64,000 nt of DNA from Patescibacteria group bacterium (GTDB taxonomy: Bacteria; Patescibacteriota; Microgenomatia; UBA1406). The notes under the pieces are model-generated. The model saw nothing but the letters and a program-made list of their open reading frames with translations, did no database searches and had not been told where the DNA came from. The stretch is from NCBI GenBank assembly GCA_041665145.1, contig JBAYJK010000002.1:232339-296338 (forward strand). Reading direction: 5' to 3'. This document shows positions 54,495 to 63,348 of the stretch, piece by piece (the first letter of the stretch is position 1; the number at the start of each line of letters is the position of its first letter). The translations under genes were made by a program, and so were the position numbers.

Positions 54495-55313
54495 ATGTCC
54501 GATCAAACAGACAATGCCATTGCTCTACTCAAGCCGTTCGGTCTAAGTACCGAGGAGGCTCAAATTTACCTCGATTTACTGGAAAAAAAATCCGCGACAG
54601 CCCTGAGTATCAGCAGAAGCATTCATATTGGTAGAACCAAAGTGTACAGAATTTTGGACAAACTGATTGAAAAGCGTCTTGTTTTGCAGAAATTTGAAAC
54701 AGCAGGGTTTAAATTTATTGCCAATAGTCCGTCTCAGTTCGATTTACTACTTGCAGAAAAGGAGCGCGAGCTTGTTGCGTTGAAATCAAGTCTTCCGAAA
54801 ACGGTTCAGACATTAGAACAGTATGTCGGTTCGAATAAACCGGGTTCACAGATTTTGTTTTATCGTGGTGAGCGCGGCCTTTCACAAGTAAACTGGAACC
54901 TTCTCCATGCAAAGCACGAATTACTCAGTTATGAAGTTGCAACAGCTGATGCGTATATGCCTCAGAAAGAGGCGGAAGAACTGAGAAAAGGACTTGTTGA
55001 GAATAAAATTTTTATCCGCTCACTTACAAACTCAAAAATAGTCAAACCGTTCACTAATGTTCTTGAACTTATCGCCCATTGGTGTGAATTACGTCACCTC
55101 AGTCCGTCAGTGCTCACTATTACGCAGGATATTTTTATATATAACAACGTGTATGCGGTGTGCAATTACCTTGATGATGGGGATATTTTTTGTTTTGAAA
55201 TCTACAACAGTCATCTCGCGACAATGCAGAAGGAAATATTCGAAAATTTGTGGAACCAAGGAAAAAAGATGCTCCTTCTCGATAAACACGGTTCCTGTGC
55301 GCTTTCTAAATAG
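54495..55313 (+). CDS. TrmB-family transcriptional regulator
   Basis: N-terminal winged HTH LKPFGLSTEEAQIYLDLLEKKSATALSISRSIHIGRTKVYRILDKLIEKRLV. I prefer the start at MSDQTD (54495) to the track start at 54444. It is divergent from the EamA gene. Confidence 0.8.
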   Translation: MSDQTDNAIALLKPFGLSTEEAQIYLDLLEKKSATALSISRSIHIGRTKVYRILDKLIEKRLVLQKFETAGFKFIANSPSQFDLLLAEKERELVALKSSLPKTVQTLEQYVGSNKPGSQILFYRGERGLSQVNWNLLHAKHELLSYEVATADAYMPQKEAEELRKGLVENKIFIRSLTNSKIVKPFTNVLELIAHWCELRHLSPSVLTITQDIFIYNNVYAVCNYLDDGDIFCFEIYNSHLATMQKEIFENLWNQGKKMLLLDKHGSCALSK

Positions 55314-55316
55314 CAA

Positions 55317-55616
55317 TTACTGTTGAAAAGTTCCGGAGGGGGTTGTTACTTCTGGAGTCGGCACATCCGTCGGCACAACAAATGTCGTCGGTATGCGGAA
55401 TTGGGGTGTCGGAGGTAAATCAGATGCTCGAGAGTTGGTTTTTGGTCCCTGAAAAAGCAAGAATGTGAAACTCCCTAAAACAACAAACAATGTAAGAAGC
55501 ACTCCCACCATCGCTTTTGTTGCAATTCCTACTCCGTTATTTTGATGTCCGGGTTGCTGAGCGTGTTCAAGAGAGTTAATAAGATACTGCGGGAGCGGCG
55601 TGTAATTCATACACAC
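55317..55616 (-). CDS. small single-pass membrane protein with Pro/Thr-rich tail
   Basis: 99 aa with the TM MVGVLLTLFVVLGSFTFLLF. It lies downstream of the VirD4-like ATPase on the same strand. Confidence 0.5.
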   Translation of the reverse strand: MCMNYTPLPQYLINSLEHAQQPGHQNNGVGIATKAMVGVLLTLFVVLGSFTFLLFQGPKTNSRASDLPPTPQFRIPTTFVVPTDVPTPEVTTPSGTFQQ

Positions 55617-55657
55617 ACGATAACAAAATACAGAGAAAAGTCAACATCGGAAACATA

Positions 55658-55735
55658 AGTACAAAGCTAGAATATTGAAGACAGAATAAAGCTTAAAGAC
55701 TGAAAATTGAAGCTTTAAGCTTAAAACTTTGTACT
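55658..55735. repeat. intercistronic hairpin built from AAGCTT/TGAA words
   Basis: AGTACAAAG (55658-55666) pairs with CTTTGTACT (55727-55735). The interior is aaagcttaaagactgaaaattgaagctttaagcttaaaa. Confidence 0.6.
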
Positions 55736-55766
55736 TTATTTGGGCTTAATTATTCAGCATTTGTAC

Positions 55767-57941
55767 TTATATTTTCCGGTAGTATTTTTCGAGAGATAGA
55801 CGAATAATTTTGTCCTTATTGGCATTAATTACTTTCGGCAATGGCAGCGTATTTGCGAAAAACGGGTCGGATGTGAGTCCACCTATCGACATCTTAAGAA
55901 GCGTCTGGAACTTCCCCAATGCAACAAGATCGTTGGCTGTGAATTTTCCACCAAATTCATGTTGAATAAGCTCTGCGTCACTTGCTCCAATAACAAACGT
56001 AATCATGGTACCGATGTTTCCGAATATTGCTTTTTGAATATCTTCCTCTACCTGACCGATGTACTGATTGGCGAGAACGAGATTCAAACGGTATTTACGT
56101 GCTTCCGAAAGAATTTTTATAAATGAGCCGGTCGCAAAATTCTGAAACTCGTCGACGTACAAGTAAAAATCTTTGCGCTTGTCCTTATTCATCCCCACTC
56201 GACGCATGGCGGTAAGCTGCATTTTGGTGATAAACATAGCGCCCAGTAGGGCTGTCGTGTCTTCTCCGAGTTTCCCTTGAGACAAGTTTAGAATAAGAAT
56301 CTTGCCGTTATTCATAATGTCATCAAGTGAAAACGTCGAATGCTGACTGCTGACAATATGACGAATACGGAGTGATGAAAGAAATTGACCGACTTTATTC
56401 TGGATTGGTGAGATTGCTTCGATTCGCAGTTTTTCGGTCATTTTTTCGTATTCATTATTCCAGAATTCGGCAAGGATAGTATCCTTTAACGCTATCTTTG
56501 CAACAACCTGTGCACGGAATTTCGGTTGAGACAACAAGCGGGGAATATCCGCAAACGTCCCGTCGCCGTAATAAAGCATTGTCAGAATCGTATTGCGCAG
56601 AATATATTCGAGACGTGGACCCCACGAGTCATGATACAACTTGTAAAAGACAGAAACGATGCCTGAAGCGATCACGTCCGTATGTTCTGCTGCCTCTTTA
56701 TCAAACAGATTTAAGGCAAAAGCACGTCCGTCGTCAAGTGTCGGGTCGAGATACACCACGTCCTGCATTCGACGTTTGGGAATATATTCGAGAATCATTT
56801 CCGAAAGGTCTCCGTGAGGATCGATTACCGCAACCCCTTCACCGTTTCTAATATCATTAATCGCCATATTGGCAATGAGGGTAGATTTTCCGGCACCTGT
56901 TTTCCCGATGACATACACATGTTTGGTTCTGTCCTCACGGCTCAAGCCGAAGATCGCATCATGATTATGCCATTCGGTTTTCGCAAAGAAATTGACTTCT
57001 TTCTTTTCTTCGTCGGTTTTCATCTCCTCCGCAACAGGCAAATTGTCCGGAGCTTCGGAAAGATATGTTTTACCCCAATGAATCGCTTTGATTTTTTCGA
57101 ATTTTTTATCGGGCAAATGCCACAGCGAACTTACTTCGTCAAGATTAAGCAATGTTTTCGGCTCCATGAAATAAAATTTCCGTTCGGCAATTTTGTTAAA
57201 TAAAGGCCGTTTGGTCATTCCGTTTGCTACTTGAAACTTGAAACTATTACCCTCAGATAATGTGTAAATACCGAATGATCCCGCAAGTTCTGCAAGCCGC
57301 GAGCGCGTTTCTTCTTTTTGGGAAGTAGAAAATACTAAACGTAACTGGCATTGCACGAGGGGTGCGGTTAATTTTTCCTGAATCAGTTTACTGAAGGGGT
57401 TGGCTTCTTCTTTTCCTTCGCTACCTGCAACTTTCATGGCTGAACGAAGCTTTTGTTGCTCTGCTGTTTGGCTTCCGGGTACCCGCAAAAGAAACTGAAT
57501 AAATGCTGCTTCGTTGTCTTTCAGGCGCGACAGAAACCCGAGAAGCGCCGTAAGCGGAGGCATGTCCGTAAACTGTTTATATGTCTTGAACGGATAATGA
57601 TACGTATGCACGAGTTGCAACGACGCAACTGAGCTTGTTTTTCCTTTTACGACTGCGTAGAGCGGATCTGTTTTTTCGTCGGTAACGAGTGTTTTCGGGT
57701 AATGAGACAAAACCTGGCTTACGAAATACCCTTTCAATTCTTCCGGCGGATACAAATAAAACCGGGTCTTTTGTTCGAAGTTTGCTATCTCAAAACTTAA
57801 ATACTTGTGCGGCTTCAATAAAAGAGAATCAACGAGCGACCGTTTGCCGATGTTAAGAAACGAAGAAATAAGACCCACCTGCGCACTGGGCGATATTTCT
57901 TCGGTTTTTGCAGGCCTTAATAATAGAAACGTGGAGTTCAT
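55767..57941 (-). CDS. VirD4/TraG/TrwB-like P-loop ATPase (type IV secretion coupling-protein-like), no N-terminal TM
   Basis: Walker A VIGKTGAGKST, Walker B FYLYVDEFQNFAT, and a region IDPHGDLSEMILEYIP typical of T4SS DNA-transfer ATPases. I prefer the start at MNSTFLLLRP (57941); the track start at 58097 overlaps the upstream gene. Confidence 0.65.
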   Translation of the reverse strand: MNSTFLLLRPAKTEEISPSAQVGLISSFLNIGKRSLVDSLLLKPHKYLSFEIANFEQKTRFYLYPPEELKGYFVSQVLSHYPKTLVTDEKTDPLYAVVKGKTSSVASLQLVHTYHYPFKTYKQFTDMPPLTALLGFLSRLKDNEAAFIQFLLRVPGSQTAEQQKLRSAMKVAGSEGKEEANPFSKLIQEKLTAPLVQCQLRLVFSTSQKEETRSRLAELAGSFGIYTLSEGNSFKFQVANGMTKRPLFNKIAERKFYFMEPKTLLNLDEVSSLWHLPDKKFEKIKAIHWGKTYLSEAPDNLPVAEEMKTDEEKKEVNFFAKTEWHNHDAIFGLSREDRTKHVYVIGKTGAGKSTLIANMAINDIRNGEGVAVIDPHGDLSEMILEYIPKRRMQDVVYLDPTLDDGRAFALNLFDKEAAEHTDVIASGIVSVFYKLYHDSWGPRLEYILRNTILTMLYYGDGTFADIPRLLSQPKFRAQVVAKIALKDTILAEFWNNEYEKMTEKLRIEAISPIQNKVGQFLSSLRIRHIVSSQHSTFSLDDIMNNGKILILNLSQGKLGEDTTALLGAMFITKMQLTAMRRVGMNKDKRKDFYLYVDEFQNFATGSFIKILSEARKYRLNLVLANQYIGQVEEDIQKAIFGNIGTMITFVIGASDAELIQHEFGGKFTANDLVALGKFQTLLKMSIGGLTSDPFFANTLPLPKVINANKDKIIRLSLEKYYRKI

Positions 57942-58023
57942 GCTGGAATTTATTATATACTTCTTACCAACTTTCACACAATCGAAACTATGATTGCCAA
58001 AACAGACGTGGTGCGCGGCACGT

Positions 58024-61000
58024 TTATTCCCTCTCCACTCGCCGCTTCGGAAACAGCACCACAACGAGCAACGTAACGACAACGAGCCCAAACCCAATAT
58101 ATTCCAAATACTGCGGCCAGAAGACTATAACTATATTTTGTTGACCCGTGACTCGTGCTTGCCGGCCGTAGTCTTGACGAAGGCTGGACCCGTGACTCGC
58201 GACTTTCCATCCGTTCGCCCAGTTATTGACCAAAACGTGATCAATCAGTTTCTTTCCCGATATATACGGGAAGTACGTATCGACAAATCCCGTACCCGGA
58301 ACAACATACGCATCCCAACCTTTATCGAACGCCTGGGGGATTTGTACTATTCCTCCTACGACACCAGTGATCATATACACGGAAGGCAGCGGATGATCTG
58401 TTGCTGTTACATCCGACCCCGCTACCTGCGTTTCGTTAACCACGGGGACCAAACGAATCGTCTTCAACCAGCGATATGGAATATATCCTTGATATAACCC
58501 TTGAATTTGAGTTTCAGAGATAGTCTGATCGTAAGAAACCGCGCGAGCATGAAAACCATAGCCTTCATAATCAAACGTGGTTGTCGGTGGAACAAGCAGT
58601 ACGCCCAACAATGAGTGGGAGCTGAGTTTTGAGTCAATAACATTTGTACTTTGCTGTGGGTTATCAACCACTACACGCAAAGTTAAGCCTCTTTGATAAT
58701 TTGTAACAATTGCAATAACCACCCCACTCGATTGTTTTGCCTGAGAAAAATACTGATGAAAACAGGTAGAAGCTGTTTTTGCGAGTAATGAAACTGCGGT
58801 ATCAGAGAGAATAGCAGTACTGATACCATCATCAATAAAACGTTCCGTTTCACTGCAGGGAGACTCTAATTTATAATTACCACTGTCCAGTATATTTTCA
58901 CCAATATTAATTGTGATACGAGATGCAGCACCAGGCAGTAATTCTCCCGATCGTTTTAATTCGGGATCTTTAAAAAGGTATTCGGAGGTGAAGGTAAGCA
59001 CATGCTGCCGTTTGCCTATAACTATGTTGGGAAACTTTGTCAAAGCACTCACATGTTTAGTTACTCCAAAAGGAATTGGCTCACCGTTAAAACTTATCTC
59101 ATCTATCCCCTTGGGCAATGATAAAATTACTTTGTTACGTACAAACGATTCATCCAAACGCAAACCAAAAACTTCCAATCCCGAGAATGCCGGCTCGATA
59201 GTCATCTTGTCATTTTCAACACGTACCAATGTGTCAACATACTGCTCGTAATCACTGTATTTACCGACAACCAGCGCCTGTCCCGCGTTTCGGTCTAATG
59301 TATAATCGAGTGGTACCGTTAATGTTAATGTTCCGTTTGTCAAACTACTGGTAAAATCAAGACTGTCTTGCGTCAGATTGGTGAATAAATTAGGAAACGC
59401 ATAAACGATTCCAGCACCTGCAGTATTTGCTACGTAGTCTCCAGAGTCATAATATGCCTGGTCAATATATTCATGCGTACCTGAATAACTTACTTCTTTA
59501 AGGTTATTCATAAATCCAACAGTTCTTTTTGGAGACAGCGTATACACAGTTATGTTGCCCCATTTTTCCACCTGAACAACCGGTAATGATGCGCGAATAA
59601 ATTTATCAAGCTTTAGGGATTCTTGAACCTTACTGTCAGTTTTAACCCAACCGTCAAGAACAATATGGGAAATCGCATACTTACTTATCACATTCTGCAG
59701 GAGACTGGAATCCTGCAGCTGCAGCGCATAATGAAGTTCGTTAAAATACTGTTCATTCAATTTGCTCCACGGATCGAATGGCCGTTCAAGAACCGCCTGT
59801 TTGACACCGTACCACCAAAAACCGGAACCCCTACCTCCCCATGTATAAAACATCCAGTTGCTATACGAAGGTTGCGGGAGTGTCATAATCCGACCGTCTG
59901 CCTGTTGTTTTTGAAAGAAACTGATCAGTTGAAAATACTCAGCAGGAATCGTCAGTCGTAAAGAGTCATAGAAGAAATTACCCTTGAAAATTTGCTGTTG
60001 CGCAACAAATAATACGAAGATAAAAGCAAGAATAAGCATACGGGTAAACTTAACACTCTTAATGAACGAGAGCAATCTCTCAAGCCCCAAAGATATAAAT
60101 GTACTATAACAGAAAACAAAAAGTAGAGAAAATTTCGTAAACGGGAAGCGGAATGCCTCACCAAAAAGAGGTATTTTTCCTCGCAACCACCAATTGAACT
60201 CGCCAAGCAGCGGGATTTGAGTTCCTAGCATGAAAAACGCAACAGCAATCGCGGGCACCAGATACAACTCTTTCTTTTGAATTGCACTAATAACACCAAG
60301 AAAAGCAAGCGCTGCAAATACAAAACCAACTACCATATACCAAGATGAATTGGTAATTTCACGCCACGTACTCATAATGTAATTGAACTCTCCATTTTTA
60401 TCGGATTCTGTGGTATCGAGCATAAAGCCGCGCAAATTTACCACATCAGACACCGCTCCTCTGCGGTTATTCTTCTCAAGAATCTCCTCCGACGAGAGTA
60501 GATTGATCTTCGTGGTGCGGATATTGTCTCCCTGTGTCATTGCAGCATGTGCAAACGGCAACAACCAAAAGCTATTAACCAGCACAATGACACTTCCTAC
60601 CAACAGAACGTACTTAAATTTCTTGAACGTATCTTGGAAAAGAAACGCCACACAAACGGAAATAACCCCCACCATGTACGCTATAAATACTGTCGGTACA
60701 AAACCCTGCGGAGTGAATAGTATGTTCAGTAAAGCAAGAACGAATAACCTTTTCTTTGACGGTTTATGTAAGTAATGTATGAGAATCCCTATCAGTATCG
60801 GCAAAGCGGCAAAATGTACGGAGAATACTTCGAGCGGTGCATAAAACATTTGGACAGTTGCCAAATTGAGCTGGTAAAAGAGACCTCCTACCAATCCATA
60901 TTCGCGCGGACGTTTCAACGTGTGGGTCAGGAAAAAAAACATTCCGATTCCCCCGACGAGATGCATTAAAAATTGAAAGAAATAACGGATGATCGGCAAC

Positions 61001-61278
61001 GGAAGAATTTTGACGAGAAGAAAAATAAGTAGCGTATGCATAATGTTAGCTGCGTGTGCCAAGCCATCCTCAACCCCCAGCCCTCGGTATTCCTGCCACA
61101 CGGAGTTGAGATTCATGGTAAATGCGTGAGAGGGGTTAAGTTCTGAAAAAACATTATCCCAACCGACCAAAAAAGTTCCCGGTTTATAGTTAACCGCCAC
61201 AATGACTAATTCCAATAAAACAAATATCAATAACATCCAATACGAACGTATTATTTTCTTCATTGTGTTATGCTCCAA
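58024..61278 (-). CDS. 1084-aa polytopic membrane protein with large extracytoplasmic C-domain (GT-C-like glycosyltransferase candidate)
   Basis: About 13 TM helices in the first ~480 aa with an early acidic loop (WDNVFSELNP…EYRGLGVED). A beta-rich domain and a final TM follow. The alternative start at 61263 forms an ATGA overlap with the upstream stop. Function is inferred from architecture only. Confidence 0.4.
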   Translation of the reverse strand: MEHNTMKKIIRSYWMLLIFVLLELVIVAVNYKPGTFLVGWDNVFSELNPSHAFTMNLNSVWQEYRGLGVEDGLAHAANIMHTLLIFLLVKILPLPIIRYFFQFLMHLVGGIGMFFFLTHTLKRPREYGLVGGLFYQLNLATVQMFYAPLEVFSVHFAALPILIGILIHYLHKPSKKRLFVLALLNILFTPQGFVPTVFIAYMVGVISVCVAFLFQDTFKKFKYVLLVGSVIVLVNSFWLLPFAHAAMTQGDNIRTTKINLLSSEEILEKNNRRGAVSDVVNLRGFMLDTTESDKNGEFNYIMSTWREITNSSWYMVVGFVFAALAFLGVISAIQKKELYLVPAIAVAFFMLGTQIPLLGEFNWWLRGKIPLFGEAFRFPFTKFSLLFVFCYSTFISLGLERLLSFIKSVKFTRMLILAFIFVLFVAQQQIFKGNFFYDSLRLTIPAEYFQLISFFQKQQADGRIMTLPQPSYSNWMFYTWGGRGSGFWWYGVKQAVLERPFDPWSKLNEQYFNELHYALQLQDSSLLQNVISKYAISHIVLDGWVKTDSKVQESLKLDKFIRASLPVVQVEKWGNITVYTLSPKRTVGFMNNLKEVSYSGTHEYIDQAYYDSGDYVANTAGAGIVYAFPNLFTNLTQDSLDFTSSLTNGTLTLTVPLDYTLDRNAGQALVVGKYSDYEQYVDTLVRVENDKMTIEPAFSGLEVFGLRLDESFVRNKVILSLPKGIDEISFNGEPIPFGVTKHVSALTKFPNIVIGKRQHVLTFTSEYLFKDPELKRSGELLPGAASRITINIGENILDSGNYKLESPCSETERFIDDGISTAILSDTAVSLLAKTASTCFHQYFSQAKQSSGVVIAIVTNYQRGLTLRVVVDNPQQSTNVIDSKLSSHSLLGVLLVPPTTTFDYEGYGFHARAVSYDQTISETQIQGLYQGYIPYRWLKTIRLVPVVNETQVAGSDVTATDHPLPSVYMITGVVGGIVQIPQAFDKGWDAYVVPGTGFVDTYFPYISGKKLIDHVLVNNWANGWKVASHGSSLRQDYGRQARVTGQQNIVIVFWPQYLEYIGFGLVVVTLLVVVLFPKRRVERE

Positions 61279-63341
61279 ACTTCGCGTTCAGAATCCTGGT
61301 ATTCCAATTGTAAACCGTTCATTACCGGTATTTTTTTCTTTATATCAGAAGTCGGTGTGAACGCATAAGTGACCGTAAAAAAAGACGGTTGCATCACTGA
61401 ATACATACTTGAGAAATCCAGGAAATCGCCTGCCCGAAGCGCGAGACGATATGGATATGAGTCGTGCGGGGGCGCATGCCAAATATTCTTACCGGACGGA
61501 ATTATCTCATCTGTTACAATCCATTTATCCAGAGCCATGGGATTTCCATTGAGTGAAATAGTTATGAGTGGTGAGCCATTTACATATGTGTAGTGAAGAC
61601 TCCATAAGTCTAGATATCCGTCCTGCGGAAAATACCAACGTTCAGTTAACGCACCCATGTCCCAATGATATTCAAGAAGCGACTCTGGTGGAGCAGGGTC
61701 AATTTCCGTAACATGAGGAAACAGCTCTTTATAGCGGCGGACTACATCTACGCATTCCGGCCAATTCCACCGATCGTCTTTGTGCACAACAATGGTATCT
61801 ACACCGTTCCTCGATAAATTCCCAAGCAGTTGCGAGAACCACGCTTTTGTGTCAATAATGGCAGGAGCATTACTGTAACAGGTAAACCAAACCAATTGAT
61901 TCTGGTTCAAAAACAGTTGTGCATCTGACGTGTCCCCTGACCAGTGAATATATCCACCGATAATTGGCTTTTTGTAATACGAAGGCAGTACGTCGTATCG
62001 GGGAGAAGCAATGGGAATATCCAGAACCGCTCTGCTAGGTAGTGACTGTGCAACAGAAAGAAAATCTCCTTTAAACGTATCAGAAAGTGCGTACGTGAAA
62101 GTAAGTCGTTCAAGAATCAACAAACAAAAAACCGTCGCAACCACCATTTTCCCGATGACTGAGCGATGATACAGCCTCCCCAGTACCACACTGATGCCAA
62201 GGGTGATCCCCACATAAAAAAGAATGTAATAGCGCCCGGTTTCCACAATCGCTTTAAAAGGCAACACAGATATTAACAATACGTACGGCATCGGTAAACC
62301 GGTTTCGGGGTTTCTTACTCCCAACGAGAAAAGAAAAAAGATTCCGATTAATAACACCAACGGTCTTTTAAGTCTCATGCCACGGGTTTTTATCAAAAAC
62401 CAAACAAAGAGAATGAGCTCCACAAACCCGATAAATACACCCTCTTCCACATGCTTTGCCGCACCAGACAATAAGTTCACGTACCACATTGGGAAAAGCT
62501 TATTGGGAATAAAATAGTCGCGAATCCACGGATTGTACACCCATTTCTGAGCAAAAAGAAAATCCCCCTTTATAAGCGCGACTACTTGGCTCGTAAACAA
62601 AATACAAAAAACAGTAACGATCGCGACAACAAACCAGACCAGTGCCTGACGATGCGAAAGCAATTTTTTAACCAGTTCCATCACCACCTCCCGATGTGCC
62701 GCAAAAAATACCAATCCTCCAACAATAACAGCAATCGAAAGAAGTGCGGTGTATTGCAGAGAACTCATAAACACAACAACCAGAGCAACTGCTACAAAAA
62801 AGAGGTTTCGTTTAGTTGATTGATGATAATATTGCAGGAGACAAAATAAAAGAAACGGAAAACCTCCGGTTACAATAAGGTTCGGGTGTCCAAAACCCCG
62901 CAAGAGCGAATAGAATGACAATCCATATATCATTCCACCGATAAATCCGACAAAGCGGGATTTACTGATATAGCGAAAAAGAAAATAACTTAAGAAACCG
63001 TTTAATGCCAACAGAAACAAGACTGTCAGATTGTAGGAAAGCACGATGTTTTGAAACAATCCAAATAAGAGCGCCCCCGTCAGAGTACTTAAGACACCAT
63101 CGAATCCGCGACTGAAATCAAAACCGACCGGAAAGCGCCAGAGCGCAGTATGACTAAACGGCCAATGCCCTGCGCGCATACTCTCATACGCGACATGTTG
63201 AAAACCGGCATGCTGATAGTTATCTACTCCGTCACCGATAAATTTATCCGTAAGATGCAAAACAGAGGGAAAGGTAAACAATAGTGCCAGGAAAAAAAAC
63301 AGAGCAAAAAGAATTACATAACCAATGATACGCTTACGCAT
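61260..63341 (-). CDS. ~690-aa polytopic membrane protein with extracytoplasmic C-domain (GT-C/YfhO-like candidate)
   Basis: Start at MRKRIIGYVILF (63341) rather than the track start at 63395. There are about 12 TM helices and then a soluble domain. It lies in tandem with the preceding GT2 gene and the following GT-C-like gene. Confidence 0.4.
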   Translation of the reverse strand: MRKRIIGYVILFALFFFLALLFTFPSVLHLTDKFIGDGVDNYQHAGFQHVAYESMRAGHWPFSHTALWRFPVGFDFSRGFDGVLSTLTGALLFGLFQNIVLSYNLTVLFLLALNGFLSYFLFRYISKSRFVGFIGGMIYGLSFYSLLRGFGHPNLIVTGGFPFLLFCLLQYYHQSTKRNLFFVAVALVVVFMSSLQYTALLSIAVIVGGLVFFAAHREVVMELVKKLLSHRQALVWFVVAIVTVFCILFTSQVVALIKGDFLFAQKWVYNPWIRDYFIPNKLFPMWYVNLLSGAAKHVEEGVFIGFVELILFVWFLIKTRGMRLKRPLVLLIGIFFLFSLGVRNPETGLPMPYVLLISVLPFKAIVETGRYYILFYVGITLGISVVLGRLYHRSVIGKMVVATVFCLLILERLTFTYALSDTFKGDFLSVAQSLPSRAVLDIPIASPRYDVLPSYYKKPIIGGYIHWSGDTSDAQLFLNQNQLVWFTCYSNAPAIIDTKAWFSQLLGNLSRNGVDTIVVHKDDRWNWPECVDVVRRYKELFPHVTEIDPAPPESLLEYHWDMGALTERWYFPQDGYLDLWSLHYTYVNGSPLITISLNGNPMALDKWIVTDEIIPSGKNIWHAPPHDSYPYRLALRAGDFLDFSSMYSVMQPSFFTVTYAFTPTSDIKKKIPVMNGLQLEYQDSEREVWSITQ

Positions 63342-63348
63342 ATCATCA

